A stretch of DNA of 64,000 nucleotides from Basidiobolus meristosporus CBS 931.73 (Eukaryota > Fungi > Basidiobolomycota), in assembly GCA_002104905.1 (NCBI GenBank), contig MCFE01000423.1, forward strand, positions 13,700 through 77,699, written 5' to 3'. Below the pieces are notes generated by a model, which was not told where the DNA came from, did no database searches, and saw nothing but the letters and a program-made list of their open reading frames with translations. A program made the position numbers and the translations under genes. Positions 62,612 through 64,000 of the stretch are shown here, piece after piece. Position 1 is the stretch's first letter. Each line of letters starts with the position of its first letter.

Positions 62612-64000
62612 AGACTTGTTCTGTTGGATAGTGTCACATAGTACCAGCCTTTTATGGTGCTGGATTGATCTGGCACTCTACAGCACTATCTGGCACTATA
62701 ATTTCTACCATGATGCCAGTGGTATGATACAGTTTCTGATAATTTTACTCAATCTTACTTATGTTGCTCAGAATAGTGCTTTCCTTGCTGTATTTACTCT
62801 TCATAATGCTCCAGACACATTTCTCTCAGTGGATGTCTTCTTGTATGAACATACTGTGCATTAATAAGTATCTTAACTATTTTACCTATTCTGCTGTTTT
62901 CTCCTATATATGACTTTCCTCTGTATTTACCTGCCAATATGCTGAATCTCTTCAGATATCCAAATGTGTGCTCTACCCTCACTCTGAAATGATTAAATAT
63001 CTGATTGTAGAGCTTCTGCTTCCTGCTAAGCACACCATTCCTTGGCTTCCTATACGCTGTGATACATCCAAATCTCTGACAATCCTCTCCTATATAGGCT
63101 AAGTCTGCCATACATTTCTCCCCTCTATTGAATTCAGGATGATTCTCTACCCAGAGTGCTTTGTCATGCCTACTTCCAGCAAATGGCCCACTAAACCAGA
63201 TGATGTTACCCTCAATGTCAGACAGTGCTTGAAACTTCACACAGTGTGCCTTGTACTTGCCAGAATAGAAGTGCCTCTGCCCTCTAGAAGGTCTGTTAAT
63301 CCTCACTGGGAAGGTATCCAAAATACTCCTGATATGGAACCTGTTGCTAAACACTCTGGGATATGGAAGTCTATTGGAGCTTCTGATCCTAGTATTCCAA
63401 GCTTGCTCTAAGTCATTCATACCCTCTGCAAGGTGGCTCTCCATTGCTGTCAGCTGGGAATGAAAGCTTCTAGGACTTTTGTTTCCATGGATGGTGGGAT
63501 GAAACCTTGTGGGGCAGTAGTTCTTGTAATAGCAGAGAAGCTTAACAAGGGATCTCCTTGAGTAGATTGGGGTTGATGGTCTGCAGTACTTGGAATAGGC
63601 CTCCTCTAGTGTGTCAAAAGGAAATCCAGTGGTAGTGATGGGATTGATGAGAAAAGACCATTGAGATGAGTAAGCTCATATTAAAATTGGTGGATGATTG
63701 TATGGAGGCGGTTTGAATTGATTTGGCGCAATCTGCGTTATTTATCTGATTTTTAGTACTTTATGGTTAAATCTCCATCAATTGCCATGTATCCCATCAT
63801 TATGTTGCAAAAATCATCCGCAAACAATGCCTTGGTATTTATTGATGCTTTAATCATAGGTCTATAATCAAATAGGAAATCTGTGATTGATGTGATCTGA
63901 TCCATATCAACGTAATCCAAGATGCATCATGCCTAATATATGGAAAATTCAGCAATCACATTAGTTTTTATATATACTTCATATAAGACCAGGTTGATGC
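62612..64000. mobile_element. Pangu-like transposon copy 3 (left part; runs off the window); transposase has a +1 frameshift just after the start codon
   Basis: TIR AGACTTGTTC preceded by AGT, within the Gypsy integrase sequence gacttagt|gcat. ORF 62794..63444 is nearly identical to the copy 2 transposase. Confidence 0.9.

Overview
This is eukaryotic, fungal-type DNA; the host proteins resemble those of early-diverging fungi (inference). Bases 1 to ~7.1 kb are gene-dense with short introns and normal CpG: partial NDUFS4, PSMG3, RNase H2 subunit B, 3-hydroxyanthranilate dioxygenase, an Alb1-like gene, a secreted GPI-like protein and an unassigned multi-exon gene. The remaining ~57 kb has no recognisable host gene and is a nested transposon island. 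It holds Copia relics, CACTA/EnSpm-like relics, five copies of a 3.4-kb two-gene PHIS (Pangu-like; ANT target duplication) DNA transposon, two foldback MITEs with the same ends, and two Ty3/Gypsy families. One Gypsy family has an intact, very young copy. The other carries an unexplained ~400-codon third ORF. Main leads: (i) that third ORF; (ii) a transposase gene with no CpG beside a CpG-rich partner gene; (iii) strong CpG-to-TpG/CpA hypermutation between young copies, apparently biased to TpCpG. All counts were made by eye and are approximate.
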